From Macrostomum lignano (Eukaryota): a stretch of 45,644 nt of DNA. Both the position numbers and the translations under genes were made by a program. Of this stretch, positions 22,262 through 33,830 are shown piece after piece. Location of the stretch: positions 1 through 45,644 of the forward strand of contig NIVC01004447.1 of assembly GCA_002269645.1 (NCBI GenBank). Direction: 5' to 3'. Positions within the stretch are counted from its first letter, which is position 1. The number at the start of each line of letters is the position of its first letter. The notes beneath the pieces were generated by a model that saw only the letters and a list, made by a program, of their open reading frames with translations, searched no databases and was not told the origin of the DNA.

Positions 22262-22433
22262 CATACATGCGCAACTTTGGGAATCACCCGGCCGTTTCTA
22301 TTGGCAACACACGCATGTAAGTCGCTATTGGCTGAGAGCAGTCACGTGACTACTATTCCGTCCAATAGCGACTTACATGTGTGTGTTGCCAATAGAAACG
22401 GCCGAGTGAATCCCAAGGTTGCGCCCAAGCATG
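22262..22433. mobile_element. hAT-type MITE, copy 1 (172 bp, long internal palindrome)
   Basis: 8-bp TSD ACAAAAGC at 22254-22261 and 22434-22441; arms of about 60 bp are reverse complements. Confidence 0.85.
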
Positions 22434-22885
22434 ACAAAAGCTATAGTAGAACTTCAATTTAGACTAGGGCACCACTTGCAGGCAAATCAATAAAAACAAA
22501 TGCCAATTCAATATATAGAGCCATTTCAATTCAAACATAGGCTTTTTGTTTATGGCTAAACCTTTGTAAGGCAAGTATGTGCTACACCATTTTACCACCT
22601 ATTTTTGACCAAACTCCCTTTCAATTCAAACAATTGAAACTGCAATTCAGACACTATCTATGAAACACAGTGCTTACAGAGATTCAATTAAGACAGACAC
22701 TCTTTTTATATTCAACAGAGCCCTTTTTATTCAGTCAGCCAAAATTGTCTATGGTTAAAAATGCAAGTTTATACCCAACTCAGTCAGATAGAATAAAACC
22801 AAAAGAGACAGACATTTCAAATCAAACACAATAGCTGAGGCTTGGAGTTAAGATATAGAAAAAGTGCAAAACAAGCTATTTAAAG

Positions 22886-22988
22886 AGCAGGCAAAGGAAC
22901 AGAGAAAGATATCAGGATAAAGATGACAATCCAGAAGGTGTAGGTCAACAGCCCTATAGATACAACAAGATTGATAATAGCAATAGAC
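22886..22988 (+). repeat. 103-bp direct repeat, copy 1 (copy 2 at 24927-25029)
   Basis: AGCAGGCAAAGGAACAGAG...GATAATAGCAATAGAC appears identical in both places by eye. Confidence 0.93.
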
Positions 22989-24926
22989 TAGCAATCTTCG
23001 CCCCCCGTTGGGGGACATCTGGATAGAATCTCTGCTCTCTACAGGTAACAAAGAGACAGCCAGAGCCAGATAAAGCCTTCTCAAAGACAACAGACAAACT
23101 GCTCAAATAAAGTGCAATGCAAAAAGAAATCATCCCAAGACAGCAAGCATCCCCCAGATAGCAAGCATCCCCCAGATTGCAAGCATCCCCAAATAGCAAG
23201 CATCCCCCAGATAGCAAGCATCCCCCAGATAGCAAGCACCCCCAAATAGCAAAGCATCCCCCAGATAGCAAGCATCCCCCAGATTGCAAGCATCCCCCAA
23301 ATAGCAAGCATCCCCCAGATTGCAAGCATCCCCCAGATAGCAAGCATCCCCCAGATAGCAAGCATCCCCCAGATAGCAAGCATCCCCCGGATAGCAAGCA
23401 TCCCCCAGATAGCAAGCATTTTATGTTCGACAGGGTGGCTCTTTCATGTTTGGCATGGTGGCTCTTTTATGTTTGACATGGTGGCTCTTTTATGTTTGAC
23501 ATGGTGGCTCTTTTATGTTTGACATGGTGGCTCTTTTATGTTCGACATGGTGGCTCTTCTATGGTTGACATGGTGGCTCTTTAATGCTCGACATAGTGGC
23601 TCTTTAATATTCCCCCAGATAGCAAGCATCCCCCAGATAGCAAGCATCCCCCAGATAGCAAGCATCCCCCAGATAGCAAGCATCCCCCAGATAGCAAGCA
23701 TCCCCAAATAGTAAGCATCCACCAGACAATAAGTAGCTAGTGATCAATTTCCTTAGCTCTATAGTGGCTCCTTTAAAATTGGCATGACGCTTACTTTTAA
23801 GTTTGAAATTGTGTATTTTTTATGTTTGACATGGTGGCTCTTTTATGTTCTACATGGTGGCTCTTTTATGTTTGAATCGGGTTTTTTTAATGTCTGACAT
23901 GGTGTCTCTTTAATGTATGACATGGTTGCTCTTTAATTTTCGAAATGGTGTCTCTTTTATGTTTGACATGGTGGCTCTTTGATGTTCGACATGGTGGCTC
24001 TTTAGTGTTTGACATGGTAGCTCTTTAATGTTAGACATGATGGTTCTTTAATGTTCGACATGGTGGCTCTTTAATGTTTGACATGATGGCTCTTTTATGT
24101 TTGACATGGAGTCACATATATGTTTGAGATGGTGGCTCTTTTATGTTTGTGGCTCCTTTGGCTCTTTTATGTTTGATTCGGTTTTTTTTAATGTCTGACA
24201 TGGTGTCTCTTTAATTTTTGACATGGTGGCTCTTTTATGTTTGACATGATGATTCTTTAATGTTCGACATGGTGGCTCTTTTATGTTCTACATGGTGGCT
24301 CTTTTACGTTTGGCATGGTGGCTCTTTAATGTTCGACATGGTGGCTCTTTTATGTTTGGCATGGTGGCTCTTTAATGTTCGACATAGTGGCTCTTTAATA
24401 TTCCCCCAGATAGCAAGCATCCCCCAGATTGCAAGCATCCCCCCAAATAGCAAGCATCCCCCAGATAGCAAGCATCCCCCCGGATAGCAAGCATCCCCCA
24501 GATAGCAAGCATCCCCAGATAGCAAGCATCCCCTAGATAGCAAGCATCCACCAGATAGCAAGCATCCCCAAGTAGTAAGCATCCACCAGACAATAGGTAG
24601 CTAGTGCAACAATTTCCTTAGCTCTATAGTGGCTCCTTTAAAATTGGCATGACGCTTACTTTTATGTTTGAAATTGTGTATCTTTTATGTTTGACATGAT
24701 GGCTCTTTAATGTTCTACATGGTGGATTTTTTTATTTTCGATGTGGTGGCTCTTTAATGTTTGGTATGATGGCTATTTGATGTTTGACATGGAGTCACGA
24801 ATATACTTGACATGGTGACTCGTTAATGTTAGACATGGTTGCTCTTTAATGTTTGACCTAGTGGCACCTTAATGTCTGTAATGATGGCTCTTTAATGTTT
24901 GAAATGGTGGCTCTTTAATATTTGAC
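22988..24926 (-). mobile_element. Non-autonomous Helitron-like element carrying alternating 18-bp (CCCCCAGATAGCAAGCAT) and 23-bp (TTTATGTTTGACATGGTGGCTCT) arrays
   Basis: On the minus strand it ends CCCCAACGGGGGG-CGAAGATTG-CTAG|T (GC hairpin, then CTAG, then T). It is homologous in inverted orientation to 26287-27629. The arrays are certain; the Helitron class is inferred. Confidence 0.6.
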
Positions 24927-25053
24927 AGCAGGCAAAGGAACAGAGAAAGATATCAGGATAAAGATGACAATCCAGAAGGTGTAGGTCAACAGCCCTATAG
25001 ATACAACAAGATTGATAATAGCAATAGACACCAGTTCATTGGAGACTTTGAAA

Positions 25054-25197
25054 CATACATGCTCAACCTTGGAAATCACTTGGCCATTCCTATTGGCAAT
25101 AAACACATGTAAGTTGCTATTGGCTGAGAGCAGTCACATGACTACTATTCTGTCCAATAGCACAGCTAGGTGAATCCCTAGGTTGCACCCAAGCATG
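25054..25197. mobile_element. hAT-type MITE, copy 2 (internally deleted, diverged)
   Basis: Same termini CATACATGC...CCCAAGCATG as copy 1, with its own 8-bp TSD CTTTGAAA (25046-25053, 25198-25205). Confidence 0.82.
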
Positions 25198-26286
25198 CTT
25201 TGAAAGAAGGACTTTTTCACTCTGGCACAGCAGCTAAACATCATGCTTATAACTATGTACACAATTGTGAGATCTGGGAGAGTGGAATAGCTGCCTAAAG
25301 GAGATGCCAAGTGAATCAATTGGGATCAGTAGCAGATTTAAGGGGGGGCACATAGGGCATGTGCCCCCATCAAGTTTGAATTTTTTTTATAGAAATATAT
25401 ACTATTGTATACATATACATTAACATATACCTTAGTAATCTGCACCCCCTTTTCAAAAATTTCTAGGTCTATACCTGAGTGTAATACAAATATGTAAGAA
25501 TTTACTTGTGCTTAAGTGCTTAAGAAGCCAAAGTGGTTGCCAGAATTTCTTCTTAATCTGTGGATCCATGGATGACCACTCAAAGATAACACAGCATTGC
25601 TCAGCCTATACCCTTAGGCTTTTTACAAATATTATTTCCAGAAAAAGAATAATTCTGATTCTAGAACCAGAATCAATAGGTAAATGAAGTGTCAAAATTG
25701 TATATCCTATATCCTAAAAAATGAGTTGTTTGTATGTAGCTTTGCAATAGATTTCAGAAAAAACGGCTCAACCGATTTTCTTCCAACCTGCACCATTTGA
25801 TCAGAAATTTTCCTGGGATGATACACATGCATCTTGGCTAAGAAATTGCTCAATGTTAAAGGGATTAAATATTCGAAAAGCATGCTTTTTTGCAAAGGTA
25901 AAGCTAAATTTTCAACTTGAAATGCATTGGAAGAATGCTAGAAAAAACACTGACTGACTGAATTTTGATTCTGATAAAAATTACATCACAACAAGTTGAA
26001 AACAGTGTTGAAAAAATGCGCACAAGACTTGATTAAAATTGCGTAACCATATTGCTAACTTAAATTGGGACTGATACTGGCTGACTGAGAAATTGATTAT
26101 GTCATAACTTTTTACTCTAACTGGCTTGCTGTAAGTATTGAATTATAAGGGCTACAATTCATGTTCTCCAGTTGAAAAGAGATACCCTAGATGCGAACAG
26201 ACTGGACTGCTAATGTAACGACCTGGGTTTGAATCTTAGTAGTACAAAATATTTTTTATTAAAACACCTTAAAAACACAAAATGCT

Positions 26287-27629
26287 AAACATAAAAGAGC
26301 CACCATGTCAAACATAAAAGAGACACTATGTCAAACATTAAAGAGCTACCATGTCGAACATAAAAGAGCCACCATGTCGAACATAAAAGACCCACCATGT
26401 CAAACATATAAGAGCCACTATGTAAAACATATACGTGACTCCATGTCAAACATATACGTGACTCCATGTCAAACATATATGTGACTCCATGTCAAACATA
26501 TATGTGACTCCATTTCAAACATATACATGACTCCATTTCAAACATATATGTGACTCCATGTCAAACATATACGTGACTCCATGTCAAACATTAAAGAGCC
26601 ACCATGTTGAACATTAAAGAGCCACCATGTCAAACATTAAGGAGCCACCATGTCAAACATTAAAAAGCCACCATGTCAAACATAAAAGAACCACCATGTC
26701 AAACATATATGTGACTCTATGTCAAACATAAAAGAGCTACCATGTCAAATATGAAAGAACCATTAAATCAAACATAAAAGAGCCACCATGCCAAACATAA
26801 AAGAGCCATCATGTCAATCATATAAAAGATGCCATGTCAAACATTAAAGAGCCACCATTTCAAACAATAAAGAGCTACCATGTCAAAGATAAAAGAGTTA
26901 CCATGTCAAACATTAAAGAGCCACCATGTCAAACATAAAGGAGCCACCATGTCAATCATATAAAAGACACCATGTCAAAAATAAAAGAGCCACCATGTCA
27001 AAAATTAAAGAGCCACCATGTCAAACATAAAAGAGACACCATGTCAAACATAAAGAGACACAATTTGAAATGAAAAAAGGAAGCGTCATGTCGAACAAAA
27101 TGGAGCCATTATAAAGCTATGGAAATTGTTGCACTAGCTACTTGTTCTCTGGTGGATGTTTGCTTTTTAAGGATAGATACTTGCTATCAAGGGGATGCTT
27201 GCTATTGGAAATATGCTTGCTACTGGGGTAACTTGAAACTTGCTATTGGGAGATGCTTGCTCTTGGGGGTGGTGGGTACTTGCTATCTGAGAGGGGTTTG
27301 CTAGCTATCTACAAAGACTATTTGTTTCCAGGGATGCTTGCTATCTGAGGTTGCTTGCTATCGGGGAATGCTTGCTATCTAGGATATGCTTACTATTGGG
27401 GGATTCTTGCTATCTGGGGATGCTTGCTATCGGGGGGATGCTTGCTATCTAGGGATGCTTGCGGTCTGGGGGATGCTTGCATGCTGTCTGGGGATGCTTG
27501 CTCTCTTGGGATGTTTTCTTTTTAGAAGGAATGTCTGTTGTTTTTTGAAAGCTTTATTTTGCTATTTGTTACTTGTAAAGAACAAAGATTCTATCCAGAT
27601 GTCCCCCATTGGAGGGCGAAGATTGCTAG
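26287..27629 (+). mobile_element. Second Helitron-like minisatellite carrier, inverted relative to 22988-24926
   Basis: 23-bp array GAGCCACCATGTCAAACATAAAA (26287-27060), shared spacer, degenerate 18-bp array (~27165-27510), then ...CCCCCATTGGAGGG-CGAAGATTG-CTAG|T at 27629. Confidence 0.6.
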
Positions 27630-29370
27630 TTTCTCTCTAATTATATTACTTCTCAAAAGATATTGGAACCAATTCTGAAAATGTAATAGACAATATGAAA
27701 AGCCTTGAATGAATTCTAGTTCTGGAATCAGTAATATAAAAAATCTACAAGATATTATTATATTATACATGATCTAGACCCTTGTTTTCAAGAAGCCTTC
27801 TTTGCAATCTAGCCTTTTTGATAATGGCAGATGCTAGTGGCTTTCTTATTGGCTTTATTTATCTTAACATAAGCCTCTACTATCCTGACCACAATGTGCA
27901 AATGTCATAAATTTATTGTTTGAGTCCTTGACTTCAAAGACTTAAGAGCTCCTTTTATATTGAAAGTGAAAACATATCTTAATTTTAACCACCCTTCTAT
28001 ATTCTAATCTCAAGATGCATGTACTCTCAAATGTTTCTGTCTTTGTTGCTTGAGTGAATCCCTAATTCTAGGAACTTTAGAGCTCCCCTTGGCTCTTATA
28101 TTCTCTTTTGGAATAACTGTACAATATGGTCTATGATTATCTGCTATACAAAGTTGTTAAATTTTGGTATTGCACTGCACTACAAAATTAGTTATATTTA
28201 TATATAACATTTATTGCACCTAAGCATAAGCCCTAATGTTTATAAACCTATGTCACAAGTCCACAGGATTTTAAACTATATTCAAATAGGGCTCACATTA
28301 AAAGTGAAAATATTCCTTCTAACTTTAGCCTTTACTAACTAACCACAATATGGAAATACTCGTAATATTAACAATATATAAATTGATACTTGAGTCCCAA
28401 ATTCCAAGCCAAGGATATAAGATTTCTCCTCACTTTAACTGGTAATATTTATTTATTTATACTAGGCCTTTCCTACTTACCTATATTAAAGTAATAGTTC
28501 TAATGGTCTTATAATTCTCAGTTGAATGGTTTTATTAGATATAGGAACTAGATATATAAAGTACCAGTTCCTAAAACCATATCTGTATTTGTATTACCAT
28601 GTGCTTTGCAATAAACATATATATCTATAACTTCTCACAAATTCCATCGTCCAAATCCTCTCCAAATCCTCTATTAACCTCGCAAAAACCATGTTGTTTT
28701 ACCTGTTTGCAAAAATTGACTGCTTGCCATCGTCCAGACTAAGACTGTTGTCTGTCTCCTCTTTCCTCTTTGCTCTCTCATCTCTAATCTCTCCTACCTC
28801 CTCTCTGCTCTTATCTCCTTGCTTATCTATCATTTCTCATCTTATCTCTCATCTTTACTCTCTTATCTTTCCTCTCTATGCTCTCATATCTACTCTCTTC
28901 TTTCTCCTCACTATTTCTCCTCTTTGCTTTTTCTTCTCTCCTCTTTTATCTCTTTTCTCGGACTTCTTCAAGTTTATGTTGATAAAATACTTCCGATTTT
29001 TCAATTTTTCTGAAACTTGCATTGGAGACTTATGGGGTACCCAAAATTATAAAAATGCAAAAAAAGTGTAGAAAATTACTTGTACAGTTGATGCAATCAC
29101 GATTTTTACTCGATTCCCTATTCTCTTAATGACGTTTGGTGAGAAAAAGTTTCCACGAATACATTTTTGAAAGTGTATCCACTAGACTTTTAATCTAATA
29201 GCACATGTGCTAGAACTTCATTAGGCCAATTAAAGATGAATAATCATATCTACAAATTAATATGCAATTGTCTTTTACGTTGGCTGATAATAGTTTTTCT
29301 ATTTAGTTATAATGCATAGACAGTGCCATGTCACTGTTCGCTTTTTTAAAAACTGTCACGACTGGCTCGA

Positions 29371-32300
29371 GACTTCAATGCTCATATAAACAATACCTCA
29401 TACATAGATTTAAATTCAATATATACCACCAGAGCAAAAAACATCTCACTTACTAGACAAAGCCAAGACAAGAAAACCTGCAAAAATGGTAGACTACTTA
29501 ACCAGATTACTGACTCATACAACCTGCATCTAATCAATGGTAGATCATTATCAGACACAAATGGTGAATTCACCTTTCTCTCAAAATCTGGTTCCTCTGT
29601 TATAGATCTCTGTTTCGTCTCTACCAGCTTACTCCAACACCTCGAAGACTTTAAAGTAAAGAACCACACCTACTTTAGCGACCACAACCAAATAGTGCTC
29701 TCCCTATCAAGTGAATTCACAGAGGAAATCACAGAAACTAAACAAGCAACCAATAACTCGAAAACGAGATATAGAGTCCTAAAAAAGTCACATAAACCCA
29801 ACCTGCAACAAGAAAAACATATCAATAACTTCGCAAATGACCTGAAAAACATGAATGACAAAATCACAAATCTAGACATACAAAACCCAGCTTTTATAAA
29901 TGAATTAAGTAGAAAAGTTAGACAAATTCAAAACAACATCACAGTAGAGATAAAGAACCCACTATGCTCAACACTGCCTCGCTTCCTTAAAGATTTAAGA
30001 AACGCTGCTAGACATGCCTGCAGAAGATATAAAACCTTCCCTACTCCCAACAACCTCTCAAGCAAAGTACAACTCAAAAAAGCATACGAAAAAAAGCTCA
30101 CTTCATGGAAATTTGAAACAACTCTCTGTGCAGACAACATGATCAACCAAGCCTTTATTCAAAACGATACAAAACAACTTTGGAACTTATTAAAAACACC
30201 AAATCCCTCAAACAACAGAGTAACAATTGATGAAAAATTTATCATACACTTTCAAAATCTTGTAACTGAACAAGACAGCAGCATTAGACTATCATACAAT
30301 CTTCACCTTGACAACCCTATTCTGGCTGATTTAGAGGATTTCAATGCCCCATTCACCAAAGAAGAAGTTATAAAACATATTAAAAAGCTCAAAACCGACA
30401 AAGCACCTGGGCACGATAAAGTATATGTAGAAACACTCAAATACCTCGAGAACGAACTTGCTGACCTCCTATGCTCACTTTTCAACGAAGCACTCAAACA
30501 AGGAACCTTCCCAACTAGTTGGATAACAAATACACTTCATCCGATTTATAAAAACAAAGGCAGCAGTGCCGACCCCAACAATTACAGAGGAATCTGCATT
30601 CAACCAATTCTTGGCAAGCTCTTTTGCCAAATTATTAAATCCAGACTCGAAAACCTAGCATACGCAAACAATCTTATATCAAAATACCAATACGGTTTCA
30701 AGCCCAATCACAGCACAATCGACCAATGTTTTAATCTTTACAACATTATAAACCAATCCATCTACAACAAAGAAGAACTCTTTATTGGATTTGTTGACTA
30801 TGAAAAAGCCTTCGATAGCTTAAATAAACCAACCCTTTGGCACAAAACGGATAACCAGGGTATTAAAGGTCAAATGACGGAACTTATCAAGAACATGCAT
30901 AAAAATGCCTGCTTCATTCTAAAAAATGATGATGATGATGATGAAACCCAGCCAATCCCAATATCTAAAGGTGTTCTTCAAGGCAACCCTCTCTCTACCA
31001 TCCTTTTTGAACTATATATTGACGACATTGTTGAATATCTTGAACTCTCTAGCGCTAGGCGCTCTCTTACGAGATCTGCTTTCCCACTCATCCTACTCTT
31101 TGCAGACGATCAAGCCATTCTAGCTAAAAACAAAGACGAACTTCAAGACACATTTACGACTATGGAAAATTACTGCAAACAAAATTACTTGAAAGTAAAC
31201 GCAAGCAAAACAAAGTTCATGCAGGGCAATACCAGACAAAAAAACGACACAGAAAGCATTGCTACAAAAATATACTACGACAACCAAGAAATAGAGGAAG
31301 TAAATGAATTTAAATACCTGGGAATTATTTTTGAACCAAAAAACAGCTTTAAAAAATGTATTGAACACCAAACTAAGCAGGGATATACAGCCATGTTTTC
31401 CCTACTCCATAGGGTAAAGAATACGTCCCTAGACATCACACTCATTCGCAGACTATTTGACGCGCTTGTTACCCCCGTTATCACTTACAATTGTGAGCTC
31501 TGGGGCCCTCTGGCTACCATGTCTGATACAAAAGCTATTGATAATATTCAGCTGAAATTCTACAAATATCTCCTCAATCTACCAAAATTTGCTAGCAACA
31601 GTGTGGTATCATCAGAACTTGAGCTTACTCCAATCTCTCAACGAATCGCTAAAACCTACCTCATCTACTGGCTGAAGATTAGACACAAAAAACTCTGCCA
31701 AACGACTCTAGAAATTTTCTACTCAAACACAGGCCAAAAAAATCCATGGAAAATGAATGTACTAAAGAAACTAGAAAGTATAGACCTAAAAGCACTAACT
31801 GAAGATAAACTTTCCCAAAGCTTTAATAACGAGAAATACCTAGTGAAAAAGCACCTCAAGATACACAGAGAAAGAGAACTTAGCCAAAAGCTAGAGAATC
31901 AGCAACATATTAAACTCTACAAAAACGCCTATCTCTACAAAAAAATCTGCAGGCCCGACCTTTCAGATTTCTTTCCATGTACATTTAGAAACAAAAAATT
32001 CTTAACAACCCTCCTAAAACTGAAATGCGAGATTACACCCAACTTTTTTTCTCAAGAACCATGTAAAATGTGTGGAGCGCGAAATGGTTCTGACATTCTA
32101 CACTACTTGACCGAATGTCCACAAACTGAAGAGATCAGGAAAAAATACTTCTGTCAATACCTCTTAAATAGCAATCAAATACACAAGATAGGATATGCTA
32201 CAAATGAAAAAAGAGTCAGAAAAGAGCTCACTGGTGTAGCTAAAATATATGAAGTCATGAATAGCTAAAACAGTTAAACAAACTGAATCAGATACATCAG

Positions 32301-32768
32301 CAGTGTAACAAATCCGCTTTTCAGTTGTTTATTCATTTACTGTCTTTTTTAATTTCCTATATTTAAATCGTCGTTATTCGTTAAAAGTAAAATTCTTTCG
32401 AAGTATTGTTTATGTTCGTTTTTCACGCTTTGAAATATCACGCGCTTTCAAAAATACTACATCTTTTTTTTTTACAAACTCGCTTACCAAAGTAATCTCG
32501 CAATTAAAGCTATACCTCGTAATTTGTACTCATTTTTGTATTAATATTTATACTCGTTAGTTGTTAGTCGTCACTTTTCGTCTAAAAATACCGTAAAAAT
32601 TCTGGCGCGCTTTCAAATACTTTATCTTTTACAATAACTCAGCAAATCGTCGTCAAATCGTCTTTATAAACTTCTATATTCGAAAATTCCAAATACATAG
32701 CTCTATAATATATTGGCCAAACAGGCTAATTGCCTGAGCCAAATTCTCTTACTACTACTACTACTACT
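29371..32768 (+). mobile_element. 5'-truncated non-LTR retrotransposon (APE + RT + C-terminal CCHC; RTEX or CR1/L2-like)
   Basis: The frame is open from DFNAH (29371) through NGR, FTF...GSSVID and SDH (C-terminal half of the endonuclease) into the 29695-32268 ORF with KAPG, YRGI, QYGF, FVDYEKAFD, QGNPLS, LFADD, KYLG and CKMC...HYLTEC. The 3' end has an AGGC-TAATT-GCCT hairpin and an (ACT)6 tail at 32751-32768. Confidence 0.92.
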
Positions 32769-33019
32769 TTCAGATCTTTGCACTACCACTTTCACTGCAC
32801 CCAGCCAAAGCAATGTTCGCAACTTTAAAGCATTTCGCTCCTCAAAACCAATTACTGTACAAGGCTAGATTACTAATTCTATTGTATTAAGGAAGTAACA
32901 GCACTTGATTTTGGTAAGCAAATTCATTTAGATAAAGTTATAGAATTCAACCAACTTCTGACATAATTATGTTGACTCTTTGGTGGATTCTCTCTTTTCT
33001 CGTGTCGTGGAGTTACAAC

Positions 33020-33830
33020 CCCTCCCCCTATTAGAATTGGAATTTGTCTGCACAATCTTGAATAGGTCTCCATGCCTCTATTCAAGTTTATGTTGATAAA
33101 ATCAATCCCCATGAAGAATCTCCCCACCCTAAAACCCCCTAGGCCTATTCCCCATGCCTTGGTAGTTGGTTTTAAGCTACCACCCCCCCCCCCCTATTAG
33201 AATTGGAATTTGTTAGCACAATCTTGAAAAGGTCTCCATGCCTCTATTCAAGTTTATGTTGATAAAATCAATCCCCATGAAGAATCTCCCCACCCTAAAA
33301 CCCCCTAGGCCTATTCCCCATGCCTTGGTAGTTGGTTTTAAGCTACCACCCCCCCCCCTATTAGAATTGGAATTTGTTAGCACAATCTTGAATAGGTCTC
33401 CATGCCTCTATTCAAGTTTATGTTGATAAAATCAATCCCCATGAAGAATCTCCCTACCCTAAAACCCCCTAGCCTAGGCCTATTCCCCATGCCTTGGTAG
33501 TTGGTTTTAAGCTACAACCCCCCCCTATTAGAATTGGAATTTATCAACACAATCTTGAATAGGTCTCCATGCCTCTATTCAAGTTTATGTTGATAAAATC
33601 AATCCCCATGAAGAATCTCCCCACCCTAAAACCCCCTATTTCCCATGCCCCGGCAGTTGGTTTTAAGCTACAACCCCCCCCCCCCTATTAGAATTGGAAT
33701 TTATCAACACAATCTTGAATAGGTCTCCATGCCTCTATTCAAGTTTATGTTGATAAAACCAATCCTCATGAAGAATCTCCCCACCCTAAAACCCCGCATT
33801 CCCCATGCCCGGTAGTTGGCTTTAAGCTAC
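33020..33830 (+). repeat. ~165-bp tandem repeat, ~5 copies, with variable poly-C runs
   Basis: CCCCCTATTAGAATTGGAATTT...TTCAAGTTTATGTTGATAAAATC...GGTTTTAAGCTAC recurs near 33025, 33192, 33354, 33522 and 33682. Confidence 0.92.

Larger units (their letters stand above)
20690..22443 (+). mobile_element. IS630/Tc1-superfamily DNA transposon with ~150-bp IR/DR-type TIRs
   Basis: TA flanks at 20688-89 and 22444-45. TIR 20690-20840 mirrors 22112-22443 once the MITE is removed. Each TIR holds two copies of CATGCTATCTCAGCCT.G.GACAT. Confidence 0.88.

Noticed and set aside
22954-24593. PPDSKH / GGCLLS / WGMLAI hexapeptide ORFs
   Set aside because: Products of an 18-bp repeat open in multiple frames within a mobile element; no splice or domain support.
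25327-25477. Small MITE-like segment (CAGTAGCAGATTTAAGGGGGGGCAC...CTAGGTCTATACCTG)
   Set aside because: Resembles common MITE ends, but the TIRs are weak and I found no TSD.
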